64,000 bases of DNA from an uncultured Fibrobacteria bacterium (GTDB lineage: Bacteria > Fibrobacterota > Fibrobacteria > UBA11236), in NCBI GenBank assembly GCA_963716395.1, contig OY970309.1, positions 1,984,001 through 2,048,000 on the forward strand. Reading direction: 5' to 3'. The notes under the pieces are model-generated. The model was not told the origin of the DNA. It made no database searches and saw only the letters and a program-made list of their open reading frames with translations. Positions 50,980 through 60,320 of this stretch are shown here, in pieces. The first letter of the stretch is position 1; each line of letters begins with the position of its first letter. The translations under genes and the position numbers were made by a program.

Positions 50980-52019
50980 TGTCACCGCGTCTGCGCGAGC
51001 CGGTGGTATTTGCGCTGCTCGCCCTATCGGCCCTGCTCGCGTTTGCCGCCGATTGCGGGGCCGGACCCGCCGCGTTGTCGTGGAATGATATCCGTCACGT
51101 TTTTTCACCGGTTGTGACCGCGGGCGCGGGAACGGGCGCGGAAATTTTGCGCGACTTCCGCCTGCCCCGCGCCGTGGCCGCGTTGTGCGCCGGAGCCGGG
51201 CTCGGCCTTGCGGGCTTTTTGCTGCAAACCCAGTTCCGCAACCCCTTGGCCGGGCCGGCCGAGCTGGGCATCAGCTCGGGCGCCGGGCTGGGGGTAGCCG
51301 TTCTGTTACTGGTCGAGCCGCTGCTGCCCGCCGCCTGGGTGGCGGCGTTGGGCGCGTGGCCGCTGGCCGCCGCCGCGGCCGTAGGGGCCTGCGCCACCTT
51401 GCTCTTGCTGCTGCCTTTGGCGGCGCGGCTCTGGGACGCGGCGTCGCTGCTTTTGGCGGGCCTGATGTTGGCCAGCGCCTGCGGAGCCCTCGTCAGCCTT
51501 TTGCAATATTTCAGCGCGGCCGCGCCCTTGAAAACCTATGTGCTCTGGGGGATGGGCGGGCTGGGCGGCGTAACCTGGCCGCAAAATGGAGTGCTCGCGC
51601 TGTGCACGGCGGCGGGCACGCTGGCGGCCCTGCTTTTGTCGCGGCCGCTATACGCCTTTTTGCTGGGGGAAAACGCGGCCGCCGCCCTGGGTATTTCGGT
51701 GCGGCGCTTTCGCCTGGCGGTGCTCCTCGTGGCCGGACTTTTATCCGGAGCGGTTACGGCCTTTTGCGGACCCATCGCTTTCGTGGGTCTGGCCGTGCCC
51801 CATCTCGCGCGCGGCGTGTTGCGGCGATCCGATCCCAAAGCCGTGCAACCGGCTTGCGCCCTGCTGGGCGCCACGTTGCTTCTGGTCTGCGACGCTATCA
51901 GCCATTTTCCCGGGCAGGACGCGGTGCTGCCCATCAACGCCATCACCGCGTTGTTCGGCGCGCCCACGGTGCTGGTCATTCTTTTGCGGCGGCCCCGCTC
52001 GGCGGGTTCCGGAGCATGA
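50979..52019 (+). CDS. FecCD/BtuC-family permease
   Basis: FRLPRA, FRNPLAGP..LGISSGA, GPIAFVGLAVPH. Confidence 0.92.
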   Translation: MSPRLREPVVFALLALSALLAFAADCGAGPAALSWNDIRHVFSPVVTAGAGTGAEILRDFRLPRAVAALCAGAGLGLAGFLLQTQFRNPLAGPAELGISSGAGLGVAVLLLVEPLLPAAWVAALGAWPLAAAAAVGACATLLLLLPLAARLWDAASLLLAGLMLASACGALVSLLQYFSAAAPLKTYVLWGMGGLGGVTWPQNGVLALCTAAGTLAALLLSRPLYAFLLGENAAAALGISVRRFRLAVLLVAGLLSGAVTAFCGPIAFVGLAVPHLARGVLRRSDPKAVQPACALLGATLLLVCDAISHFPGQDAVLPINAITALFGAPTVLVILLRRPRSAGSGA

Positions 52020-52807
52020 AGCCGACGGACTTGCTCGCCGCGCGCGCCCTGGCCGTGGGACATGGGCGGCCTTTGTTTCCTCCGGCGGATTTTTCCTTGC
52101 GAGCTGGCGAGCTGGTCGGCCTGCTCGGCCCCAACGGCGCGGGCAAAACCACCTGGCTGAAAACCTTGTCCGGTCTGCTGCCGCCCTGTGCGGGTGAAGT
52201 GCACCTGCGGGGCCGTCGCTTACGCGAACTTTCCGGACGCGAACGGGCCCAAAGCCTGGCTTTGCTTCTGGTCGACCCCGGATTGCCGCCGTTTCTGTCG
52301 GGATGGGAATTGGCGGCCCTGGGGCGCACGCCGCATCGCACCGGGCTGGGTTTTTCCACGCCCGCCGATCGCGCGGCGGTGCAGGCGGCCTTGGAACAGC
52401 TTCACTGCCTGCCTTGGGCCAATCGCCGCCTGGGGACGCTCAGCGATGGCGAGCGGCAGCGCCTGTGCTTGGCGCGCATCGTGGCGCAAGACGCACCCGC
52501 TCTGCTGCTCGACGAACCCACGGCGCATCTCGATTTTCCCGCCAAAGTCGAGGTGCTGCTCCTGCTGCGCGGGCTGGCGCGCCGCGAAGGCAAAGCCGTG
52601 CTGGCTTCCTTGCACGATCTGGATTTGGCACTGGGATTCTGCGACCGGTGCCTCATCCTCGCTCCCGATCGCGCGCCTTTTTGCGGCACCCCGGAAGCCG
52701 CGGCCGGCGGCCCATTGCGCGCGGCCTTTCCCGGCCTGCCGGATTTTTGGGATCCGCTTTGGCTACGCGCGCGGATGCCGGCCGACGCAGCCGAATCCTC
52801 CTCGTGA
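52016..52807 (+). CDS. ABC transporter ATP-binding subunit (FecE/BtuD-like)
   Basis: GPNGAGKTT, LSDGERQR, LLLDEPT, LHD. Confidence 0.92.
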   Translation: MKPTDLLAARALAVGHGRPLFPPADFSLRAGELVGLLGPNGAGKTTWLKTLSGLLPPCAGEVHLRGRRLRELSGRERAQSLALLLVDPGLPPFLSGWELAALGRTPHRTGLGFSTPADRAAVQAALEQLHCLPWANRRLGTLSDGERQRLCLARIVAQDAPALLLDEPTAHLDFPAKVEVLLLLRGLARREGKAVLASLHDLDLALGFCDRCLILAPDRAPFCGTPEAAAGGPLRAAFPGLPDFWDPLWLRARMPADAAESSS

Positions 52808-52837
52808 GGGATAGGGGTACCTCGAATAGAGGTACCC

Positions 52838-53656
52838 TTAAAATCGGCGCGAGCGAAAGTCCTCGATGTTCACGAAATTACCGCGTTGGCGGCGCTTCAT
52901 TTCACTGACGCGGTTCAGCTTTTCTTTCTCGTCGCGCGTCAGCGATTGCATGCCGTGGCGGCTGATCTTCTCCAGAATGGGATCGATGTCGACCATGGCG
53001 GCCCGCAGCTTTTCGCTTTCACGCTGGTCCCGGTTGCTGCGGCGGCGGTCTTGCAGGTCACGCCACAGCGCGACGGGGTTGAAACCCTGCACATTCCAGC
53101 GCAGAAACCCCCACGCGAACAGCGCGCCGCCCAGATGCGCGATATGCGCCACGTGATCGTTGGAGGTGATGAGCAGGAGTTCGACCGCGCCGATGATGAT
53201 GACGGCGTATTTGGCCGGCACCGGAAACAAGAAGAACATCAGGAAGGGCTGGTTGGGAAAGAAGCGCGCAAAAGCGACCATCAGCGCGAACAGCGCCCCC
53301 GAAGCGCCGATCACCAGCGAGGCGTCGCCGAGCAGGGCGTAGAATACCATGGAGCAGAGGCCGGCGAACACGCCCGACAGCAGGTAGAACCACCAGAACC
53401 GCCGTTCGCCCATGACTTGGGCCACGGGCACGCCGAACATCCACAGCATGAGCATGTTGAAGAGGATGTGCAGAAACGGCGGGTGGATGTCGTGCACGAA
53501 CATGTAGGTGACCAGCCGCCAGATCTCGAAGTGGTGTACGACGCGCAGGGGGTCGAGGCTCAGCCAGGGCAGCACCACCATGCCGCGCGTGACGAAGTCG
53601 AGCAGAAACACCGCGATGTTCGCGATGAGCAGAATGCGCACGGGGCGCGGCATCAT
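52838..53656 (-). CDS. Rhomboid intramembrane serine protease with a short C-terminal helical domain
   Basis: WRLVTY, HILFNM, GASG, AHIAHLGG; IDPILEKISRHGMQSLT tail. Confidence 0.92.
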   Translation of the reverse strand: MMPRPVRILLIANIAVFLLDFVTRGMVVLPWLSLDPLRVVHHFEIWRLVTYMFVHDIHPPFLHILFNMLMLWMFGVPVAQVMGERRFWWFYLLSGVFAGLCSMVFYALLGDASLVIGASGALFALMVAFARFFPNQPFLMFFLFPVPAKYAVIIIGAVELLLITSNDHVAHIAHLGGALFAWGFLRWNVQGFNPVALWRDLQDRRRSNRDQRESEKLRAAMVDIDPILEKISRHGMQSLTRDEKEKLNRVSEMKRRQRGNFVNIEDFRSRRF

Positions 53657-53678
53657 CGATCCCACAAAAACTCCCGGA

Positions 53679-54173
53679 TCACGGCAATCGCTTTCCCTTC
53701 GACAATTTCCGGCGCAGGCGGGCTTCCACATGCGCCGGTACGAACTCCGAGATATTCCCACCCAGGGCCGCCAACTCACGCACAATGCTGGAAGCCAGAT
53801 AGGTGTACGGTTCCGATGGCATTAAGTACACGGTTTCGCAAAGCGGGTCGAGTTTTTTGTTCATCAGCGCCATCTGGAATTCGTATTCGAAATCGCTCAC
53901 GGCCCGCAGCCCGCGCAGCAGCACCTGCGCCTTGCGCTGGCGCAGACAATCGACCATCAGCCCCTGGTGGGCCAGCACCTCGACGTTTTTGAGATTGCGC
54001 GTGCATTGCCGCGTCATTTCCAGCCGTTCCCGGAGGGAGAACAGGGTGGTCTTGCGTGCGTTTACGGCCACCACCACATCGACGGCCGCGAACAAAGAGG
54101 CGGCGCGTCGAATGACGTCGAGATGCCCATTGGTAATAGGGTCGAAGGTGCCGGGATAAAGGGCTCGTGTCAC
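53679..54173 (-). CDS. coaD: Phosphopantetheine adenylyltransferase
   Basis: YPGTFDPITNGH, RGLRAVSDFEYE. Confidence 0.97.
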   Translation of the reverse strand: MTRALYPGTFDPITNGHLDVIRRAASLFAAVDVVVAVNARKTTLFSLRERLEMTRQCTRNLKNVEVLAHQGLMVDCLRQRKAQVLLRGLRAVSDFEYEFQMALMNKKLDPLCETVYLMPSEPYTYLASSIVRELAALGGNISEFVPAHVEARLRRKLSKGKRLP

Positions 54174-54205
54174 GCCAACTCCGGGTTTTATTGAGCAACA
54201 CTAAG

Positions 54206-54766
54206 CTAAAAATGCCCGGCGGCGAATAAGGCCAAAGATGACTCTCCATAGGCGTAAACTCGGGTCGCCGAATCCAGCCAGCCCGGCGGACGGCGCGAGG
54301 GAAATTGAATCAAGGCGGCGCCCTCTGGCGTCAGCAAAGGTGCGAGGACCGGCCACAAATCCGTAAATTCACGGGAAAACGGCGGGTCGGCAAAAACCAC
54401 CGCAAAGCGGCGCCCGGCGCGCGTGCAGTCGCGGCAAAATTCCATCGCCTCCTCGCGCCGACATTCCATGGATTCGGCGTCGGCGCCGCGTGCTTCCAGC
54501 CGCCCGCGGTTTTGCAACAGGGCGCGGAAGGCGTCGGGGTGGTTTTCGACCAAGACGATTTTGTGAAAGCCCCGGCTTACGGCTTCCAAGCCCACGGCGC
54601 CGGAGCCGGCGTAGAGGTCGAGAAACTCCCCGCTTTCGCTGCGCCCCCGCAGAATGTTGAATACCGCCTGTCGCACCTTGCCCGAGGTGGGGCGAGTGAG
54701 ATTTTTCCCCGACGGAGTTGTGAGCAAGGCGCCGCGAAATCGGCCGCCGGTTAAGGCAAGTGGCAT
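54206..54766 (-). CDS. rsmD: 16S rRNA m2G966 methyltransferase
   Basis: TRPT..KVRQAVFNIL, LDLYAGSGAVGLEA, DPPF; next to coaD. Confidence 0.92.
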   Translation of the reverse strand: MPLALTGGRFRGALLTTPSGKNLTRPTSGKVRQAVFNILRGRSESGEFLDLYAGSGAVGLEAVSRGFHKIVLVENHPDAFRALLQNRGRLEARGADAESMECRREEAMEFCRDCTRAGRRFAVVFADPPFSREFTDLWPVLAPLLTPEGAALIQFPSRRPPGWLDSATRVYAYGESSLALFAAGHF

Positions 54767-54806
54767 GGTCTTAACGAAGAGGCGCGGCCGGAAGCCGCGC
54801 CGAAGA

Positions 54807-54834
54807 AATTAATCCCAAACAATTAATCCCAAAC
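54807..54834. repeat. Perfect 14-bp tandem duplication
   Basis: AATTAATCCCAAAC x2, next to the hairpin GGCGCGGC-CGGAA-GCCGCGCC at 54781-54801. Confidence 0.85.
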
Positions 54835-54856
54835 GGAGATGATCCGTGACGGACCA

Positions 54857-55777
54857 TTACTGCGCGTAAACCAGCAAGTCGAGGCTGGCCACCATGTGAT
54901 CGTCGCCGTGGGATTCGAGGGCCAGGCGCACCAGCCCCACGTCGCTTTGATCGGCATGCATCTTTTCCAGCAATTCCTGCAGATGGGAATAGTCGCATTG
55001 CGCTTCGGTGCGGTAGACCAGGCGTTTCAAGCCGTCGGCTTCGGTGGTTTTTTCCAGGCGCGGCGTCTGCACCGATACGCCCAGCGCCTGGGCGGTATGC
55101 GCAAAGCCTTGCAGGGCGGCGTTCAATTGGTTGCGGGCCACGACGTGATTGTCGATCAGGCTCGCGTCATCGGGGGTGTATTTCATTTTGACGAACAGCG
55201 AAAACTCGCGCGCCGTCTTGGCCGCCCCCACCGGCCGGCTGAACCCGGAACGGATTTCCGCGCCCGGGAACGCCGCAGCCAAAGCCGACTGGAACTTGGC
55301 GAGATCGCCTGGGGATTCGGACAGGCCATGCAGGTAAAACTCGTCGGGCGGCGTAAAGATGATTTGGGCAAAACCCACTTGCACCGGCGTGGCGTTTCCC
55401 AGGTCGCGCAACAACTTGGCGCCGGCGTCATTCTGATACGCGATGCGCTGTGAAGGCGCCAAATCGGCATAGGTGGGCGTCGACGACATGCCCGACAAAT
55501 CGGTTTGGGCCTGACGCACGATTTCTTCCACGGCGTCGGCGGTGATGGGCTTGGGCGTGGGCGTCGGAGCCGCCGCCGGATGGGCAGCCACGGTCGGCCG
55601 GGTTGGGTGGACCGTGGCCATGGTCGGGGATTTCGGCCGCGTCAGAAAGTAGGCCACGCCGGCAACGACCAGCACGACGGCGGCCCACACGGCCAGGCGT
55701 TTTCCCTTGCCGCCCGTTTCGACCAAGGTCATGGGCCGCTGCGCCTGCAGCGGCTTCAACAGGTTGATGCGAATCAT
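54857..55777 (-). CDS. PilN-like protein, probably fused to a PilO-like domain
   Basis: MIRINLL PilM-binding motif, one TM helix, Pro/Thr linker, two ferredoxin-like patterns. Confidence 0.65.
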   Translation of the reverse strand: MIRINLLKPLQAQRPMTLVETGGKGKRLAVWAAVVLVVAGVAYFLTRPKSPTMATVHPTRPTVAAHPAAAPTPTPKPITADAVEEIVRQAQTDLSGMSSTPTYADLAPSQRIAYQNDAGAKLLRDLGNATPVQVGFAQIIFTPPDEFYLHGLSESPGDLAKFQSALAAAFPGAEIRSGFSRPVGAAKTAREFSLFVKMKYTPDDASLIDNHVVARNQLNAALQGFAHTAQALGVSVQTPRLEKTTEADGLKRLVYRTEAQCDYSHLQELLEKMHADQSDVGLVRLALESHGDDHMVASLDLLVYAQ

Positions 55778-55781
55778 GGTT

Positions 55782-56723
55782 TCAGCAATCTCCTCCGCGC
55801 CGTAAGGCCAGCCCCACTACGCCCGCGCATTGCGGACCCGAGGGGATCAGGCGCGCGCTTTGCTCGGGCTCGAGCGCGAAGGCGGCCTCTTTGAAGGCGT
55901 TGAGCGGCACCAAGGGTACGGGTAGATTCGCCGCCAGCAATTCGCGGAATTCGGCGTCGAGGGCGAGGTCGCCGCATACCACCACGGTTTCGACCTCGCT
56001 CCAGGCGCTTTGGGCGGCCTCGAAACGCAAACGGATTTCCTGCACCAAATCCAGCAGGCGATCGGTTTTCGCCTGGCCGCTCAAATCCAAAAGGCCTGCG
56101 TCGACAGACGAAGTGTCGCTGCCGAAAAACAATCCGTGCTGGGCGCGCACGCAGGTCAGCGCGTGTACGTCGGCTTTGATCAGCAAGGCCCGCCCTTCTT
56201 GCATTTCCGGGTAATTGGCCTCGAAGGCGTTTACGAGGGCGAAGGCGTCGACATCAAGCACGACCAGAGGATACCCGGTGGATTCGATCCAGCGCCGCAG
56301 GCGTTCGACTTCGCTGTGGCGGTAAGCCGCCACCAAATAGAGCCGGCCGTTTTCGGCCGCGTTCGGTCCGATGGCCTGGTAGTCCATGAGATAGTCTTTC
56401 AGGGGACGCGCCAGGTATTGCTCCATGTCCCATTGCAGGGCGTCGAGCACATTTTCTTCGCCTTCGGGTATTTCCACGAGGCGCAGCACCGCATGTTCCG
56501 AAGGCACGGCGGCCACCAAATCGACCTGTGCGCTGTCGACGTATTGGGTCAGGGTTTCGCGCAATTGTTGGGAGAGATACTCGTCGTTGCCCCATTGGGA
56601 AATGTCGAGCGGTTTCACCGCCACCATGGCGATTTGATTTTCGAGCGGCAGAAATTCGACCAGTTTCAGATACGCCGGACTCGCTTCCACCGCGATGATG
56701 GAACGCGTCAGATTTTTTGCCAT
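55782..56723 (-). CDS. pilM: PilM-like actin-fold pilus assembly protein
   Basis: LKLVE, YLMDYQ, LVAAY, VLDVDAFALVN, VVCGD; upstream of the INLL protein. Confidence 0.78.
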   Translation of the reverse strand: MAKNLTRSIIAVEASPAYLKLVEFLPLENQIAMVAVKPLDISQWGNDEYLSQQLRETLTQYVDSAQVDLVAAVPSEHAVLRLVEIPEGEENVLDALQWDMEQYLARPLKDYLMDYQAIGPNAAENGRLYLVAAYRHSEVERLRRWIESTGYPLVVLDVDAFALVNAFEANYPEMQEGRALLIKADVHALTCVRAQHGLFFGSDTSSVDAGLLDLSGQAKTDRLLDLVQEIRLRFEAAQSAWSEVETVVVCGDLALDAEFRELLAANLPVPLVPLNAFKEAAFALEPEQSARLIPSGPQCAGVVGLALRRGGDC

Positions 56724-56749
56724 GGGCCAAGTATACTATTTTGGATTTT

Positions 56750-57295
56750 TCAGCTTCCAGCAGGATTTTTTCCGGGGGACGTCGTGTCCGGAGCGACGCA
56801 AACCATGCCCCGAAAGCCCGCCAGTTTTTTTGGACCGATGCCTTTCACCCGCTGCAAATCCTCGATGCGGTGAAAAGGCCCGATTTTACGACGGTAAGCC
56901 AGGATGGCCCGGGCCGTGGCCGGGCCCACTCCCGGCAGGTTTTGCAAGGCTTGGGCGTCGGCGGAGTTGAGATCCACAGGTTCGGCCGAAGTCTTTTCCG
57001 AAGGCTCTTTTTTCACGCTTCGATCCGTTCCCTTCTTCGCCCCAGCCGCGGTGGAAACTCGTTGCGGCCAATGTTCGCTCCAACCGCCGGGGTCGGGGCA
57101 GCCAAAAGCGGTGGAGTCTTGGCGGCGCGCCGCAATCACCCATTGATGCAGCGAATCCCAGTCGTGCACCGGACCCAGGCGCACTCCGGAACGCTCCCAG
57201 GCCCGCATGCCGAATCCCGAACCCAGCACACAGATCAAGGTCAAGCAGGCGGTTTTTTCCGTCGGTGTCAAGGCGGGTAAGCGCAGGTGCAGCAT
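56750..57295 (-). CDS. comEA: ComEA-family helix-hairpin-helix DNA-binding protein
   Basis: VDLNSA...LPGVGPATA..I..YR..IGPF..IEDLQRVKGIG; N-terminal TM after LTPTEK. Confidence 0.85.
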   Translation of the reverse strand: MLHLRLPALTPTEKTACLTLICVLGSGFGMRAWERSGVRLGPVHDWDSLHQWVIAARRQDSTAFGCPDPGGWSEHWPQRVSTAAGAKKGTDRSVKKEPSEKTSAEPVDLNSADAQALQNLPGVGPATARAILAYRRKIGPFHRIEDLQRVKGIGPKKLAGFRGMVCVAPDTTSPGKNPAGS

Positions 57296-57613
57296 GTCCG
57301 CAACGTAATCCCCGGCTGGTCGACAAGGCGTGCGCGGTGTCACGTCGTTTCTCCCCGGTTTTCAGGTGCAATTTGGTGGTGGCGGTTTTCGGCCCCGGGC
57401 CGCGGCCATTTTTATCCGGGCCGAGTTGCCTGTCCAAGGGACGGATTTGCCGCAAAAAACCGGATCATTTTGATTCTCTTGCAGCCGCTAGGCCGCCGCG
57501 GAATGCGAATCATTTCAGTTATTCGCTGGAAAACGAAGAGGCTGACACGATTTTACAAGATTTTTAAGTACGAAGGTGGGGGAATTCGTTACACTACTCT
57601 TGCCACTCCACCT

Positions 57614-59461
57614 ATGCATTCCACCCACCATCGCTTTCACATTCCGGTCATGGGTACCGGCTTTACCATCGATACGGCGCTGAAAGTGGCGCGTTTCGGC
57701 ATCAGCTCGGTGGTGTCTTTGGTCGACGACGTTTTGATCGAACGCGTACGCAAGCACTATTGTCGCGAAAACGGGCGGGCTTACGAGGCCATACCCCAAA
57801 GCCACCCCGACGCGCGCGCGGCGCGTATTACCGCCTATCTCGATCTGGTGCAGGATTTGGTCGACGCCCAAATAGAAGCCTTGCGCCGCATGGCTTTCGC
57901 GCCCGGTAACGATAAAAGCAAATATTTCGAATTGCTGCCGCCGACTTCACCCGTGCGTGGGCGATACGAGCTGTGGCGCGCCGCGTCCCCGGCCGAAAAA
58001 ACCGGGCTCGAACCCGAGCTCAATGACGCCATTTTGCCCGGGTCGATCGATGCCAACATCATGACCAAGCTCGATCGCCTGCCCTTCGGCCGCGACGGCA
58101 AGCCGCTTTCCCCCGAGTTCAGCGACGCCAAGGCCGCGTTGCGCGGGTTCGCCCAGTCCAAGGTGCGGGGTAGCATGGTGTTCAGCGCCGGCATCAACCC
58201 CACCTTGTACGGCAGTCTCGAACGCTTCGCCGATTTCTACCGGCGCGAAGACGGCGCGCCCCGCAAGGGCGTCATCCTCAAGGTTTCCGACTACCGCTCG
58301 TGCATGGTGCAGGGCCGCTTTCTGGCCCGCAAGGGCATTGAAGTCCGCGAGTTCCGTATCGAGTCGGCTCTGAATTGCGGCGGGCATGCCTTTGCTTCCG
58401 ACGGATTTCTCATGGGTCCGATATTGCAAGAGTTCATCGACAACCGCGAGCGATTTCCCGATATGTTCGAACCGCTCCTTGAGACTTATTACCAGAAGCG
58501 CAGCTGGAGCTTTCCCGCCTCCGGGCGGCGCCGCCGCATCGCCGTGACCGCGCAGGGCGGCATCGGCAACCACGATGAAATGCGGCGTTTGCTTGAAGTC
58601 TATGAACTCGACGCCGTGGGCTGGGCCAGCCCGTTTTTGCTCGTGCCCGAGGTCACCGCGCTCGACGCGGGCACGCGCGGGCAACTGGCGGCGGCGCGCG
58701 AAGTAGACCTTTATCAAAGCGAAGCCTCGCCTTTGGGCATTCTGTTCAACAACTTGCGCGGCTCGACATCGGAGCAATGGACGCTCCGGCAAATCGATCG
58801 CGGCAAACCCGGGTCGCCCTGCCCCAAGGGCTATCTCGTGTCGAATACCGAGTTCACCGAAAAACCCATTTGCACCGCGTCCAAGGAATATCAGGGGTTG
58901 AAGCTGAAATCGTTGGGCTATGCGACTCCACCGCCGGCCGATTGCGGCGATCCGGCCGTGCGCCAGGTGTATTCCAAGCAATGCATTTGCGATCAACTGG
59001 GCAACGGCGCTTTGATCGAGCAGGGGGAAATGGCCGCGCAGCAGCCGGTGTCGGTATGTCCCGGGCCGAACATCGCCTATTTCGACCGCTTGTACACGTT
59101 GCGCGAAATGGTCAGTCACATCTATGGTACGGGGGCGGATTTGACGCCGCGCGGGCGGCCCCACATGTTCGCCAAAGATTTGCTCTTGTACGTCGATTAT
59201 TTTGAAAAGCTCTGCCATCGGCACTTGGCCTCCGGCGATCCGGAGCTCGGATATTTGAAGGTGTTCAAGGAAAATCTCGAAGCCGGCATGGATTATTACC
59301 GGCCGCGGTTGCGCCAGGGCGGTTTTGCCGGGGAAAATTTCCACTCGCTGGCCGCGGAAATCGCCACCCAATCCTTGCGGATGCGAGATTTGTGGTCGGC
59401 GCTGGAAGCGCCTCCCGAGACCGAATCCACCGCCGTGCCGCGCGCCGCCGTTTTGGGATAA
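57614..59461 (+). CDS. Uncharacterised ~615-aa protein, putative FMN TIM-barrel oxidoreductase with a Cys cluster
   Basis: FHIPVMGTGFTIDT, FSAGINP, ESALNCGGHAF, AQGGIG, GWASPFL, CPKG/CTAS/CICD/CPGPN. Confidence 0.6.
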   Translation: MHSTHHRFHIPVMGTGFTIDTALKVARFGISSVVSLVDDVLIERVRKHYCRENGRAYEAIPQSHPDARAARITAYLDLVQDLVDAQIEALRRMAFAPGNDKSKYFELLPPTSPVRGRYELWRAASPAEKTGLEPELNDAILPGSIDANIMTKLDRLPFGRDGKPLSPEFSDAKAALRGFAQSKVRGSMVFSAGINPTLYGSLERFADFYRREDGAPRKGVILKVSDYRSCMVQGRFLARKGIEVREFRIESALNCGGHAFASDGFLMGPILQEFIDNRERFPDMFEPLLETYYQKRSWSFPASGRRRRIAVTAQGGIGNHDEMRRLLEVYELDAVGWASPFLLVPEVTALDAGTRGQLAAAREVDLYQSEASPLGILFNNLRGSTSEQWTLRQIDRGKPGSPCPKGYLVSNTEFTEKPICTASKEYQGLKLKSLGYATPPPADCGDPAVRQVYSKQCICDQLGNGALIEQGEMAAQQPVSVCPGPNIAYFDRLYTLREMVSHIYGTGADLTPRGRPHMFAKDLLLYVDYFEKLCHRHLASGDPELGYLKVFKENLEAGMDYYRPRLRQGGFAGENFHSLAAEIATQSLRMRDLWSALEAPPETESTAVPRAAVLG

Positions 59462-59515
59462 TTGCCGCAGCGGGCCGCGCCGCTTGCGGTTCGCAACTCT
59501 GGGCCGGGAGGTCCG

Positions 59516-60007
59516 GTGAAAAACCTCGCACAACAACTGGCCTTTTACCAAGCCTATCACCGCACGCGGGGATGCAAGGCTACCCATTTCATCGGTGTGC
59601 CTCTCGTCACGTTTTCCATATTAATCCCCCTGGGCTGGCTGGGCGTTTCCGTGGGGTCGTATCGGCTCACCTTGGCGGTTGGCTTCGTGGCCGCCACCTT
59701 GCTGTATTACTTCGCGCTCGACCTCGTCTTGGCCGTTCTCATGACGGCCGTGATGATTCCCCTGACCTGGGCCGCGGACCGGGTGTCGCTTTGGCCCCGG
59801 GGGCGTGGCGCATTGATTTTTCTTCTCGCCTTCGTCGTCGGCTGGATATTCCAACTCGTGGGCCATGCCATCGAAGGCCGACGTCCCGCCTTGCTGACGA
59901 ATTTCCGCCAGGCGGTATTCACCGCGCCGTTGTTTCTGATGGCCGAAGTCCTGTTTGCATTGGGCTGGCGGAAAGACTTGCGGGAGCGAGCGGCCAAATG
60001 GGAATAG
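59516..60007 (+). CDS. Mpo1/DUF962 family membrane protein
   Basis: GGGAGG RBS; YH..., THFIGVP, QLVGHAIEGRRPALL. Confidence 0.88.
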   Translation: MKNLAQQLAFYQAYHRTRGCKATHFIGVPLVTFSILIPLGWLGVSVGSYRLTLAVGFVAATLLYYFALDLVLAVLMTAVMIPLTWAADRVSLWPRGRGALIFLLAFVVGWIFQLVGHAIEGRRPALLTNFRQAVFTAPLFLMAEVLFALGWRKDLRERAAKWE

Positions 60008-60320
60008 TGTCGGCACGCAAGGGAGCGCTCCGCTCCAGAAGGTTTTGCCGCAGGACGCAAACCTGCGAAGCGGCGCACCGCCCCGGGTTCGCCGAAGTAC
60101 GGCAAGTTACCGAAAAGGGTGAATATTATTGAGTTGATTTTTCTATCGAAGAAGTTCAACTTCAGCGAAGCCAAATGGCTTTTATCCGGCTGATTCCATT
60201 TCTCTTCGGCCAGACACAATTTGCTTTCAAACTGGGTATTTTTTCCGCACCTGGGATCTTAAAAAAACTGTAGGTTCTTACTAAAAATTGAACCGAACCA
60301 AAATCCAATAAAGGTGTTTC

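Noticed and set aside
52440-52460. ABC signature LSDGE instead of LSGGQ
   Set aside because: Common variant in this iron/B12 ATPase subfamily; not evidence of inactivation.
57287-57613. 109-aa upstream extension of the 724-aa ORF
   Set aside because: Overlaps the divergent comEA promoter region; conserved-looking sequence begins at ATG 57614.
60008-60320. AT-rich intergenic region with weak inverted repeats upstream of the fibro-slime gene
   Set aside because: Pairing is too imperfect to call an RNA element; probably an ordinary promoter region.
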